IMG/VR virus record: IMGVR_UViG_3300030372_003754
Coordinates: 1-42,579 of that record
Origin: a virus
Taxonomy: Duplodnaviria > Caudoviricetes
Length of the DNA stretch: 42,579 bases
Reading direction: 5' to 3' (one strand)
Shown: positions 23,956-33,875 of the stretch, one piece after another
How the letters are laid out: each line of letters opens with the position of its first letter
Position numbering within the stretch: the first letter of the stretch is position 1
The notes under the pieces: model-generated
The model's database searches: none
What the model saw: only the letters and a program-made list of their open reading frames with translations
What the model was told of the DNA's origin: nothing
Program-made: the position numbers and the translations under genes

Positions 23956-26316
23956 CTAGGGCGGTATTCTAGCACCACCAGCATAACGAGGCGATTCAGT
24001 AAGCTGTATTCCAACAAATTCCCACTTCCCGGTACCCCGAATCCTAAACTTAAAGACTTCGGCAGATGGCACATAGACTGCCGCTCGTGTCCAATATGGT
24101 CTTTTTTTCTGCCATTTATTTGCACTGCCAAGTGGAGTTTCTGACCAAAACTTCGGTATGTCGTCCCCCGAATACCGTTTAGCGGAGGTCGTCTCAATTA
24201 CGGTATTACGCCAATCCCGCATGACTTCAATCGTAATCGTCGTGTTCTCTGTCTCACGTAACCATAAGTAAAGCACTTGGGCAGTTCTTCGTTGCTCCGA
24301 GTCGACCGCTGTTAACCAGGCTGTTTCCACCGTAGCTTCGCGAGCCGTTAATGCCGCAGGTTGGTACTTTACCGATTCATGATCTACTACCCACAACCCT
24401 CGGTCTTCCCCAACTTCTCCTACTGCAAGCATGTAGTTACGGTGATCTTGTGTCACACATACATCTTTAGCAAACACATCCTCTCGGGTGCGCCAACCTG
24501 TCCCATCATAGATAAAGCATGTGTTGTTTGTCAGATTACCATCAATAGAAGCCCAACATCGATACTCGCCCGTGTAGTTATCTACGGCTGCGCACGCTTG
24601 GTTTCGACGGGATTGAGTAATCCGTTGAACAAACAGATCAATATCCGTAGAAATAAACTCAACCCCTCGGCTGTAGTCTTCTGTACCGCTAAACTTATAA
24701 AAGCCGTCAGCCCCCATCCAGAGAACCTCGCCCGTCTTTAACGTTCTTACCGAGTTCGGAGAGGGGCAACCTGCTTCAGAGCTAACTGTAAGCGATGTAA
24801 AACCGTCTCCTGTGTCGTTAGGTACTATTAGGTAGGTTGAGCCCTCGGTGAAAGCTAGTAGCCCCTGTGGCACACGCCAGAGAGCCGTAATCTCCGAGCC
24901 CCTAGGATCGGGGTAAATTTTAAGCTGGGAAGAAAACGTACCCCACCTGCCAGGTAAAGACGCTTGTAACAGGCCTGGGTCACCGACCATGTTAGCAATC
25001 CACAAACGACCAAAGGCTACTCGGCACAAACGAAACGTCGGAACTGGATCTATATCCAGTGCTTCTTCACCAAGCCATACGTCAGGAATATTATCTGGGT
25101 AAATTTCCGTAACATTATCCGGCAAAGTAACTGGACTTTTATTATCCTCTAAAGCATCTTGTGTAAGACGAAATAACTTAGCTGTCCCCGAAGTCCTCAA
25201 ATCTGCTGTTCGGTATAAAATTCTTCCCACTGTTCGAGCAGGTCCCCGGTCTAAACCTGTCCAAGCAACTTGCTTTCGAACGCGGGCTACTGGAGCAATA
25301 TAGGAGTTTCCTAAAAAAACATGATTACCGGCAGTGCCTTTTTTATCGTTAAAAACAAAATCTGTCGCGTACTGTTGAGCCACAGTTACGGGATTACTTC
25401 TTCCAGATAAAGGCGATAAATTGCCCCAGCAGTCAATATATTGGGCTGCGCAACGCCATTCTCCAGCTTCTAACCAGCCACCGACAGAAGAAGGCATAAA
25501 GTGTTGTGCGTTTAACGGTCCCCTAAACCCACCCGAGGCTGTTTCAATGACAGTGCCTGATCCTGCGAGGTTAGTCGGATTTCGTGTAAAACCTAGACGC
25601 CCATATCGGAAGGCAGGGATCATTCCCGAAGTTCGTCCTTGCAAAGCATCCCAGGCATAGTTGCTGTCGTTAATTCCACCACCATAAAAAAGGTAAGGCG
25701 TACCGGCACCAGCAGCTTCCACACCAGAAGTTACTTTTAAATAAGCAGAATAATCCGCTATCTCGGCGCTATTCTCTGGGCCTAAACCAACAGGTGCTCC
25801 AGGAGCTTCAGTATACCCAAGAGGAGCAATATACGTACCATCATAGAAGTAGGCCCGGCTGTTTTGAGGAACAATGACTATCCCATCCTGTGTCGATTCA
25901 AACTGCGTTGGGAAGTTGGGGCGCTTTGAGCTAATCAATTCATCTGTAACAACTGCCCCAGCACTACCAATTAGCTTGCGCCAGTTGCGACTCCACCCCT
26001 GAAACTCCCATAGCTCTGTGCCAGTATGCACAAGAAGAACCTCACGTTCCCCTTCCCTGCCTACAGTCGCTTGAAATACCCCGTGCATGTAGCCATAGCG
26101 AGGAACCGAAATATCTTGGGTAGTACCGCTAGCCGGTGCGCCTCCCGTCGTGTAGTTGGGGAGGTAAGGTAGGGGCCCTTCGACAGTGCGAAGAGTCCCC
26201 TCCTCTGACGGATAAAGGTTATCTACCTTTGAGCCAACCTCGTCAGGAAGAAACAGTTGTCCACTGGCGATGCGTATCGCAAATGTACCTTTCTTTTCTG
26301 ACTCGGATTGATCCAC
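23956..26316 (-). CDS. Podovirus tail nozzle / DNA stabilisation protein (P22 gp10 / T7 gp12-like)
   Basis: 786 aa, beta-propeller-like (NLYPSEEGTLR, AFGRLWIA, ITALW...LLAFTEGSTY, GCPSPNSV). Follows the adaptor. Confidence 0.75.
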   Translation of the reverse strand: MDQSESEKKGTFAIRIASGQLFLPDEVGSKVDNLYPSEEGTLRTVEGPLPYLPNYTTGGAPASGTTQDISVPRYGYMHGVFQATVGREGEREVLLVHTGTELWEFQGWSRNWRKLIGSAGAVVTDELISSKRPNFPTQFESTQDGIVIVPQNSRAYFYDGTYIAPLGYTEAPGAPVGLGPENSAEIADYSAYLKVTSGVEAAGAGTPYLFYGGGINDSNYAWDALQGRTSGMIPAFRYGRLGFTRNPTNLAGSGTVIETASGGFRGPLNAQHFMPSSVGGWLEAGEWRCAAQYIDCWGNLSPLSGRSNPVTVAQQYATDFVFNDKKGTAGNHVFLGNSYIAPVARVRKQVAWTGLDRGPARTVGRILYRTADLRTSGTAKLFRLTQDALEDNKSPVTLPDNVTEIYPDNIPDVWLGEEALDIDPVPTFRLCRVAFGRLWIANMVGDPGLLQASLPGRWGTFSSQLKIYPDPRGSEITALWRVPQGLLAFTEGSTYLIVPNDTGDGFTSLTVSSEAGCPSPNSVRTLKTGEVLWMGADGFYKFSGTEDYSRGVEFISTDIDLFVQRITQSRRNQACAAVDNYTGEYRCWASIDGNLTNNTCFIYDGTGWRTREDVFAKDVCVTQDHRNYMLAVGEVGEDRGLWVVDHESVKYQPAALTAREATVETAWLTAVDSEQRRTAQVLYLWLRETENTTITIEVMRDWRNTVIETTSAKRYSGDDIPKFWSETPLGSANKWQKKRPYWTRAAVYVPSAEVFKFRIRGTGKWEFVGIQLTESPRYAGGARIPP

Positions 26317-26318
26317 CG

Positions 26319-26555
26319 TTAACTCGCTTTACGTCGCTTTGTTGCTGACTCAAGCGGAGCGGGTGCTGCCACCAACTCCCATTGATCTAGTTGATCCGTG
26401 CCTTCGTCAAGCCGCTCGGGAGCCAAACCATAGACGTTTAACACGCCTTGCTTAAGCCCATTTGCTGTGACCATGACACTTGAACATAGCGCATGGTACT
26501 TACGTCCGTGCACTTCGCGTTGGTATACACCACCGCAAACTAATTTAGTACCCAT
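26319..26555 (-). CDS. Hypothetical protein
   Basis: 78-aa ORF with AGGAG RBS that fills the adaptor-nozzle gap. Confidence 0.65.
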   Translation of the reverse strand: MGTKLVCGGVYQREVHGRKYHALCSSVMVTANGLKQGVLNVYGLAPERLDEGTDQLDQWELVAAPAPLESATKRRKAS

Positions 26556-26567
26556 TCTTCTCTCCTG

Positions 26568-28319
26568 TTAAGGCGTTTTCACTGTCCACCAACGTTTTAG
26601 CATACCACGTTGGTCCCAACCGGGACGTGCTCTTCCGAATCGGCGTAACACTGGAACAGCAGGGGGACGTAAATCGCCATAACGTTTGGACAAAGTATAT
26701 AAGTTTTCTTGGTAGCGGGACTTCGCTAATTGTGCCATCTCAGGATTACCCATGTTCTCGTAAAGAAACATAAGGGTCCGATGGATAATTAAGTCGACCG
26801 CTTCCGCATGGACAAGTGGCGCGTCTTGATCGTCTACCAGTTTAGGTGGACGACGGACACAACGGACGTCTACTTCGTAGCGTTCGTTAGGATAAGGATA
26901 AAGCTGGACAGCTTGATAACCGTGAATCTCACGCAGACGACGATGGTAATCAGGGATAATCCGGCCATTATCATAGAAAATGCCTTTATTAAGGTCGTCA
27001 ATTTTCACCTCGGCTAACAAGAAAAAAGCGGTGGGTAAGTCTAATTTTTTTAAACCGGTAATTGCAGCCCCGCCGCCGTTTCCTGCGTCGTTAACTGTGG
27101 TCAACAGGTTATAATTAGTAAAAGTTGCTGTAATCCTACGTCGATAAATACGAACCCACCAACCACTTTCTCTGTAGTTTGATCGGGTAAAAGTTTGTAG
27201 TGCCCCTGCTCTGCGTTGAGCACCCCGTGTCATAAACCCTTGCATATATTCAATATTCGGCAGGGTGATTTTAACTGCGGGGCTTGGTACATTGTTATCT
27301 GTAGGATTTGTCGCCGTTACTTGAGCACTTACAGGTGACGGAGACGATTCCCACAACGGCTCACGGAACCGGTTTTGAGAAGCTTCTTTAGCCCCTACAT
27401 CCCAGCTATCCGTGTAAAAGGCCCCTTGAGTATTTTTCCACTGGTCGGCATAACCTAGATGATACCCCATTGTAGGGTTACGAAACATAATATCACGCTT
27501 CCCCCAACAATACGTAATAACGTATTCAAACTGACCGGCAGGTTCAGGGCCAAGCCAAGCTTCCCGAGGGTCTGCGTCAACTGAGCCCAGTTCGGCATCA
27601 GGGGCAACTGCCGGTCCCTGCAACTGAAAGTGCTCTCGACGAAAAGCTGTACGAGGCAAGCCATGGGCTGTAACTCTAGGTGAGTCAGCAAAGCTATAGG
27701 CTTCAGCCTCTTCTTGACCAATTACATCCAGAGGCCAGTTACGATTGTCTTTAAACAATCGCATAGAGCGCATCTGAACTAGGTCGTCTGGAAGGTAATA
27801 ATGATCCGAGTACACTCGGTACTTAAACGGACCTGTGCCTAGCTCTTCATAAGGCCAAGGCGTCACCACAGAAAAACGGTAATGATCTGCACGACCGTCC
27901 GACGAAAATTTCCAAACAGCGCGGATTCGATTACGGTACGTAGTGGTCTTGCCTCCTGACGTAACCTCAATCTCAATCATTCGACCGTCCCAAGACCGGT
28001 CTGTTTTCCAAGCAACATAACCCGCAGTATCTGCAGCAATGTCTTGCTCAAATACCCACGGGTTAAAGTCATTTGTTACCATAGCTTCTGTGTCGTCAAG
28101 AACAGACACCGAAATGGTATCAGATGCTTGCATAGATGCAGCATCTTCTTGGGTTGCAAACTTAACTTCAGACTCGAAGAAAAGGAAAGGGGCCTCTAAG
28201 CACACATCATTGTATGCCCGATTGATGAATCCATTGAGCCGCGAAACAGCTTCTACTGACTGACTAGGAGCCCAATCAGTTTGAGCAAAAATTGCTGTGC
28301 GCAACTCCTTTAGATTCAT
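26568..28319 (-). CDS. Head-tail adaptor / tail tubular protein with inserted domains
   Basis: MNLKELR...LNGFINRAY...YYLPDDL...QLYPYP...PPKLVDDQDAPLV pattern of podovirus adaptors. Confidence 0.75.
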   Translation of the reverse strand: MNLKELRTAIFAQTDWAPSQSVEAVSRLNGFINRAYNDVCLEAPFLFFESEVKFATQEDAASMQASDTISVSVLDDTEAMVTNDFNPWVFEQDIAADTAGYVAWKTDRSWDGRMIEIEVTSGGKTTTYRNRIRAVWKFSSDGRADHYRFSVVTPWPYEELGTGPFKYRVYSDHYYLPDDLVQMRSMRLFKDNRNWPLDVIGQEEAEAYSFADSPRVTAHGLPRTAFRREHFQLQGPAVAPDAELGSVDADPREAWLGPEPAGQFEYVITYCWGKRDIMFRNPTMGYHLGYADQWKNTQGAFYTDSWDVGAKEASQNRFREPLWESSPSPVSAQVTATNPTDNNVPSPAVKITLPNIEYMQGFMTRGAQRRAGALQTFTRSNYRESGWWVRIYRRRITATFTNYNLLTTVNDAGNGGGAAITGLKKLDLPTAFFLLAEVKIDDLNKGIFYDNGRIIPDYHRRLREIHGYQAVQLYPYPNERYEVDVRCVRRPPKLVDDQDAPLVHAEAVDLIIHRTLMFLYENMGNPEMAQLAKSRYQENLYTLSKRYGDLRPPAVPVLRRFGRARPGWDQRGMLKRWWTVKTP

Positions 28320-28348
28320 AACCCCTTTCCTTTACCCGAGAAATAAGC

Positions 28349-28813
28349 TTACACTCCGCAACTAATCATAGCTGCTACAACTCCAGCACCTGCCGTAACA
28401 AGGGAGCTTCCGATAACTCTGTGCGACGTACCTGCGCCCCCAGCAAAGTTTATTACTGAAGAAGCAGCGGCAGTCTCTAGGTCCGTCCCTACGGTAACTC
28501 CAGCAGAAGCCTTTATATTTCCCTGACCCGACTTAAGTACAAAACCAAACGAAGCATTAGGAATAGCATGTTGTGCTACACCTAAAGTCGAAAGCTTTGT
28601 AGTTGTCGCGGCACCAGCTACACCCAGATAGGTTGCGGCTGGAACTCGCCCAATGACGTCTCCGGCTGCTGCAGCACCGCCCGTCATCTGGATATAAACC
28701 CAGACGCGGAGACCTGCTTGACCATATTCTTGTGTTAGCTCAAAGCCCAGTGGGGCTTGTTGAGTTGCTGTTACGGTATCGACCGCGATACCTGCTGCGG
28801 TAAATCCACCCAT
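28349..28813 (-). CDS. Capsid cement/decoration protein
   Basis: 154 aa, A/G/V/T-rich (PLG...WVYIQ...AAAAGDV...LGVAQHAI...FGFV). Directly after the major capsid gene. RBS GGAGG. Confidence 0.75.
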   Translation of the reverse strand: MGGFTAAGIAVDTVTATQQAPLGFELTQEYGQAGLRVWVYIQMTGGAAAAGDVIGRVPAATYLGVAGAATTTKLSTLGVAQHAIPNASFGFVLKSGQGNIKASAGVTVGTDLETAAASSVINFAGGAGTSHRVIGSSLVTAGAGVVAAMISCGV

Positions 28814-28834
28814 GATAACCTCCTATGCTCCCGA

Positions 28835-29914
28835 TTATGGGAGCGCTCCACCAGTTACAACACCGTTGCAACGTAGCTGATTAGTGTTCATACCCATGTT
28901 CAGGACGATTTCGTAACGGAATACGTCTTGCTCTGGGATACGGAAAGGACCACGGACAGCAAAGTCACCCTTGGTTTCACGATTTGCATCATGACCCATG
29001 GTGTATGCATACCAAGATGCCGACTTCATGAGGTAGATACAACCGTTAGCGGCTGGAGTACCAGCAAAAGCGGGTGCACTAATATCAAGAGCATCTTCCA
29101 AGAAGAAGTCTGCGTCGAGGAACTTAACGCCCTGACGGATATTAGCAGGAGAACGTTCGCCTTCTACCTTTGAAATACGGACATGATCATCCAAGTCCTC
29201 GATGTAGTTGAGGTAAGAAGCCTCATCACCCAACATCAAGTCGACTGGACCCATGGTCTTGCCTTGACGACCCGCAGCAAAATACACCTGACGCATCGTC
29301 GAACGACCATTGGTAGCGAACGAAGTGATGTTGCCATACTGGTTGTACCAACCAGCGGTTGTGCCCTTGCTAAGACCAAACACCTGGTTAGCTGCGGCAA
29401 CCTGGGCTGCTTGGCTAAGAAATTCCAGTGGTCCCTGGCGAGCAACGCCATTTGGATTGTAAGTAGCTGAACCGTTAAGGGTCAAGAAGCCACCGACATC
29501 AAGGCCATCACCGACAGCAAGCTGACGAGCAATCCGCTCATGAAAATCGCTAAGAGCAAGCTCTGGGTAGTGCTGAATAATACGAGCCAAGTCCATTGCG
29601 CCATTTGCTTCAGCAAGGTCTTTACCAGGAACGTCAAACGCATAAATCAACCGAGGTGCATAGGTGTTACCACGAACCGCGTTCTGACGACGTCCACCAG
29701 CGATAACTTCAGAACCTGTAAGGATCTGAGTAACCGTACCCGGCCCATCGGTGACGACTGCAAATTCACGGTATGGACCCGTGGCTACAGAACGATCAAT
29801 ATTACCTTTGTCTACAACTCGCTCAAGAATCGGATGCCACTTGACAAACAATTCCGAGTATCCAGGCATTAGCTCCTGAAGAGCGGATGCCAGTACATCA
29901 GGGCTAATAGCCAT
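28835..29914 (-). CDS. Major capsid protein
   Basis: 359 aa between scaffold and cement, strong GGAGG RBS. Size and layout fit an HK97-fold capsid. Confidence 0.8.
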   Translation of the reverse strand: MAISPDVLASALQELMPGYSELFVKWHPILERVVDKGNIDRSVATGPYREFAVVTDGPGTVTQILTGSEVIAGGRRQNAVRGNTYAPRLIYAFDVPGKDLAEANGAMDLARIIQHYPELALSDFHERIARQLAVGDGLDVGGFLTLNGSATYNPNGVARQGPLEFLSQAAQVAAANQVFGLSKGTTAGWYNQYGNITSFATNGRSTMRQVYFAAGRQGKTMGPVDLMLGDEASYLNYIEDLDDHVRISKVEGERSPANIRQGVKFLDADFFLEDALDISAPAFAGTPAANGCIYLMKSASWYAYTMGHDANRETKGDFAVRGPFRIPEQDVFRYEIVLNMGMNTNQLRCNGVVTGGALP

Positions 29915-29916
29915 CT

Positions 29917-30813
29917 CTACCTCCTACCACCGGAGTGGCGTTTTACTGCATTCGCGGCTGCAAGCAACCGCATATCATCTAGTGAACTAACTTTTGTACC
30001 ACCACTCTTAAGCTGATTCGGAGCAGCCGGAGCAGACGTCGCACCAGAAGTGATACGAGCAGCAGGGCGAGGTTTAGCCGGCGCTGCTTTCTGTGGTACA
30101 GATTGTTTTGCTAATTGGATTGCGTACTGCGCAGGAACCCCATCTTGAAGGGCCTTGCTCGCAAGCTCTAACGCATCATCCGGTAAATCCATTAACCCTG
30201 GGATCGCGTCGACATCCCAGCCAGCGTTGAGTAAAGTTTCAAACTTAGCCTGACCCTCTGGCTCCTGGAATAAGTGGCCATGGGTGCGCTCAAACCAGTC
30301 AGCATATCGAGTCGCTTCTTGCTCAATAGCTTTTTCCATTTCTTGCTTAAACCCATCATACTCTGCCTGCACTTGACCTGACGAATTTGTCAACGCCTCA
30401 AACTGCGCCTGTAACTCGGTATGCTGCTTTTGTAAATCATTAAACCGAGGGTCATCATGCCCATCTAGTAGCGCGTTGTAAATGTCTTTAATGCGGTTGG
30501 ATTCCGAGAGCCCTTCCTGAACGCGTTGATCCGCCCAAGACTGCCTAGAATCATATACCTTTTGTGCCCAGGGTTGAATTTGTTCCGGGAGCGCCGATAC
30601 ATCTCCAGTCCAATCATCCCAACCGAAATCATCATAAGAGGGCAGAGCAGGAACTTGAGCTTCTGGTTCGGGTGTACTTGCGGCTTCACTTGTTGTCTCC
30701 GAAGTGGGGGAAGAAGGGGCGTCACTTGCCTCAGCAGGAGCGTCCGCAACGACCTCCGAAGTGGGTACTTCACTTACAGGTGCTGCCCCCCCTTCCAAAG
30801 ATTCTTCCATCAT
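29917..30813 (-). CDS. Capsid scaffolding protein
   Basis: Acidic disordered N-terminus, coiled coil, Pro/Ala linker and a short C-terminal helix. Immediately before the capsid gene. Confidence 0.75.
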   Translation of the reverse strand: MMEESLEGGAAPVSEVPTSEVVADAPAEASDAPSSPTSETTSEAASTPEPEAQVPALPSYDDFGWDDWTGDVSALPEQIQPWAQKVYDSRQSWADQRVQEGLSESNRIKDIYNALLDGHDDPRFNDLQKQHTELQAQFEALTNSSGQVQAEYDGFKQEMEKAIEQEATRYADWFERTHGHLFQEPEGQAKFETLLNAGWDVDAIPGLMDLPDDALELASKALQDGVPAQYAIQLAKQSVPQKAAPAKPRPAARITSGATSAPAAPNQLKSGGTKVSSLDDMRLLAAANAVKRHSGGRR

Positions 30814-31085
30814 TCCTGACCTCCCTTGTGTTTTCCTAGCGCTTTTTTAGATGCGTCTACGCGCAACGCTACAATGTTTAACTTAGGACGTCGGGGAGAG
30901 CTAGACATAGATTCCAGGGTCTCTTCTTCTACCATTTCTGAACCACAGGACTCGCCTTTTTTCTCGCGTAACTCAAACCCATGCTTTGATAAAGTATCCA
31001 GCAGCGCTTCACCGCTCATTGATTCGTTGGCCAAATAATCAGCCATCTCTTCAATTGTATAGGATTCTTTATCCTCATAGGGCAT
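30810..31085 (-). CDS. Hypothetical protein
   Basis: 91-aa ORF, GGAG RBS, stop overlaps the scaffold start. Confidence 0.65.
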   Translation of the reverse strand: MPYEDKESYTIEEMADYLANESMSGEALLDTLSKHGFELREKKGESCGSEMVEEETLESMSSSPRRPKLNIVALRVDASKKALGKHKGGQE

Positions 31086-31128
31086 GTGTATATCTCCGTC
31101 ATTCGTTTACTAAAAAATAAACGTAACG

Positions 31129-31527
31129 TCAAGGACTAGTTACGGTTTTCTCGTTCTTAGCCCGCTTAAGCTCTTTCTTTTTATGCTCAAAATCAGTATA
31201 GCCCTGGCGCCTTGCGTTTGTTTCGCACCGCTCTCGAACGCGGTCTTTATGTTTACCCCACGCTGTACTCGATGCACCTAAAATCTCAACGTCAGGATTC
31301 TCGCGCTGGTATTGAGTAAACTCACTTTGGTTGTGGAAAGTTCGGCCAATCTGCTTAATTTCTAACGGCTTAGAAAAAGTAGGACCAATGGTTCGAACAG
31401 GACTAATTAAAATCTTTACCGGCGCATTGCATTCACTACACCGCAAGTCATGGCTATCAGCAAGTAACGCAAACACGTCCTCAAAATAACCACACCCTGC
31501 GGTGCACTTTACGTCGTACATCGGCAT
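31129..31527 (-). CDS. FmdB-type zinc-ribbon protein
   Basis: MPMYDVKCTAGCG...CSEC...KILIS. Such genes are common between portal and scaffold. Confidence 0.8.
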   Translation of the reverse strand: MPMYDVKCTAGCGYFEDVFALLADSHDLRCSECNAPVKILISPVRTIGPTFSKPLEIKQIGRTFHNQSEFTQYQRENPDVEILGASSTAWGKHKDRVRERCETNARRQGYTDFEHKKKELKRAKNEKTVTSP

Positions 31528-32066
31528 TAGCGATCACCTGGCATCAAACGTTGAGCAAGCTCCATCAACTCAAGCTGACGGCTACGAGGACGACCAGGCA
31601 CAGGGCTTTCAACAACAGCCTCTTCCATCTCCCCCATCTCCATCATGGGCTCCCCACCTTCAGGCATTATGACTGCTGACTCTTCCATCATCGCCATTTC
31701 TTCCATGCCCTCGGGTTTTTCGTGAGAGTACCCTTGCTCTTTAAGCTCTAAGTGCTGCTCGTATGTTTCTGCCATCTCGCTCTCGCCAGTTGGCTTGTAC
31801 ATCATGTGAGGCTCAAAGTCTTCCTTTGATACTTCTTTTTTGTCGTCTAATTTTTCATCTTTTTTTTTAGTACGAGTACCGTAGTCGCCAAGCGTGTCGT
31901 CACGCTCGTCTTGCTGACGATGAGCCTTGTCGCCTTTAAAGTCCTTTGGACCCTTAGCACCTAGCTCTTCTTCTTCGTCATCGCGATCTTTCTCACCCTG
32001 CTTTTTACTATGCTTTTTAATTGCCATTGCAGCAGCTTTATCTCTACGCTCTTTCATACTAGCCAT
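31527..32066 (-). CDS. Hypothetical highly charged protein
   Basis: 179 aa, AGGAG RBS, low complexity, with an embedded DFEPHMMY...HLELKEQGYSH mini-domain. Confidence 0.7.
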   Translation of the reverse strand: MASMKERRDKAAAMAIKKHSKKQGEKDRDDEEEELGAKGPKDFKGDKAHRQQDERDDTLGDYGTRTKKKDEKLDDKKEVSKEDFEPHMMYKPTGESEMAETYEQHLELKEQGYSHEKPEGMEEMAMMEESAVIMPEGGEPMMEMGEMEEAVVESPVPGRPRSRQLELMELAQRLMPGDR

Positions 32067-32075
32067 GGTTGACTC

Positions 32076-33875
32076 CTAGTTGTCGCCCAACATCCCTTTG
32101 ACTACTGGTGGCATTGCTGGAGCAGGTGCTCCTGGACCACCCGCAGGCAACGGCGGAAGGGGCTGTTCTTGTGTCCCAGGTGGTAAGGCCCCAGTCACTA
32201 ACGTGTCTCCGCCAGGAGCGGGAGGCATCATTTGTTCTTGAGGGGGCATACCCATGGGCATCTCTGGTTGAGGGGGAGCATCTTGCATAATGTCTGTCAT
32301 CTGCAAAAGCTCAAGTAGTTTTAAAACAAGTTTCTCTCTATCCACCTGAGGGGACTCTAGCAACAATGGTAAGTATTGTTGCAATTTTTGCAACTGGATT
32401 AACGAATGATTTTCTGTTGGCGAATATGGAATCGCTGCATAGTCATAGTCCATCGGACTTTCTTCGGGATTGCGTTCGTCTCGTGCCCGTAGCGACTCGC
32501 GAGTCACTTCTAAAATTTCTCGACTGTCTGTTAAGCGCAACGGCAAAATCGTGTCGTTAGGAAGAAACTCTTCGTAAAGACCAACAATATGATTACCTAA
32601 CGCCCCCACTAAATCCTCGACAGCTTTGATCCGTCGACCGTTACGAGTACGAGTCGCTGTATCCGCCAAGGCCACTTCAGTCGCAACATCAGCTACACCA
32701 ACAACACCTCGGCTGTACTGGGGGATACCCAGGACAAACTCGATAACTTGAGTGCACCGCTCTCGCATCCGATTAAACGAAGGCTGGAACTGAGGTGTAG
32801 GTGTCTGCCCAATCAAGTCTCGCAAAGGCGCACTAGCTTTGCCCATGACAGCTACCATAGAGCCCGGCTCGGCTGCGTCCCGTAACGCTGTGGTGATAGT
32901 CTCAGGGTTATCCACAAGCCCTGTGTTGACCAGAAGTACTGGTGTCGAAGAGTGCGCGTGCCACAATTCTAACGTATCAATTTCATTCAAGCGCTCTTGC
33001 AGAGAAGAAATAAGCTTTACATCTGACATACCACCGAGGTCTGACATGTTGTCATTAAACTGCAGCATAACAAACGGATTGCGCACGTAACGATACGGAA
33101 GCTCGCCCTCAAATAAAGGTTCCTCGACGTCTTCGAGCATGTGGTAGTACCGACCTTCACCAGAAAAGTCATAGACTTCGTAGACTGTTACCCAGTCGTA
33201 CACACCCACACTGGCAGCATTAACTTGAGACTGGCTTCGGACTCTGTCTCGTAGCCACGTAGGGTAGCCACCGAAGTCCGCCTTCTCGGCAACCTTAGGC
33301 CGATACATTGCACCGCGACCCTTCTTTTGTTTTGTCCGCTCTTTAAACTCTGCTTTGGTCAAGACCGTAACCTCAATAAGGTAGCGAATATCTTCCCACC
33401 TTGGTGCAGACATGTCGAAGAATACGAAGCGAGGATCGATACAAAAGAACTCCACGGTGTTCTTACTGAAACTCCATACGGTTTTAAGAAACCCTCGGCC
33501 ACAGATAGCCGTATGCGTAGCCGTTTTCCACAACAGTCGATGCGTCTCATTTCGACTCATCGTGTCGTTAATCAACGCTTCACGAAACTTAGCCACTTCA
33601 CGTAAGTCTTCTTTTTTAGCTAAGACAGACACCTGCGGATTCGTAGGGCAAATGTTCGCAATCATCGTGTCGATGTACGCATACGGATAGTTGGTCTCGA
33701 AGTTAATCTCTTCTTCACCAAGAATCTCCCCAGAACCTTGGGGTAAATCCGAAGACCCACGCCAATACTCGGAGAGGTACCAACTACGCCAGCGATCCCA
33801 GGAGGTGCGCTCAACCCGAGTCTTGCTCTTGTGTGTTTCAATAATCCCACGAACTTGCTTGTGTGTTAATGCCAT
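32076..33875 (-). CDS. Portal protein (P22-like)
   Basis: 599 aa directly after TerL. NPQVSV, ICGRGFLK, IDPRFVFFD, LQERLN, ATEV, and a Pro/Met/Gln-rich tail. Confidence 0.88.
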   Translation of the reverse strand: MALTHKQVRGIIETHKSKTRVERTSWDRWRSWYLSEYWRGSSDLPQGSGEILGEEEINFETNYPYAYIDTMIANICPTNPQVSVLAKKEDLREVAKFREALINDTMSRNETHRLLWKTATHTAICGRGFLKTVWSFSKNTVEFFCIDPRFVFFDMSAPRWEDIRYLIEVTVLTKAEFKERTKQKKGRGAMYRPKVAEKADFGGYPTWLRDRVRSQSQVNAASVGVYDWVTVYEVYDFSGEGRYYHMLEDVEEPLFEGELPYRYVRNPFVMLQFNDNMSDLGGMSDVKLISSLQERLNEIDTLELWHAHSSTPVLLVNTGLVDNPETITTALRDAAEPGSMVAVMGKASAPLRDLIGQTPTPQFQPSFNRMRERCTQVIEFVLGIPQYSRGVVGVADVATEVALADTATRTRNGRRIKAVEDLVGALGNHIVGLYEEFLPNDTILPLRLTDSREILEVTRESLRARDERNPEESPMDYDYAAIPYSPTENHSLIQLQKLQQYLPLLLESPQVDREKLVLKLLELLQMTDIMQDAPPQPEMPMGMPPQEQMMPPAPGGDTLVTGALPPGTQEQPLPPLPAGGPGAPAPAMPPVVKGMLGDN

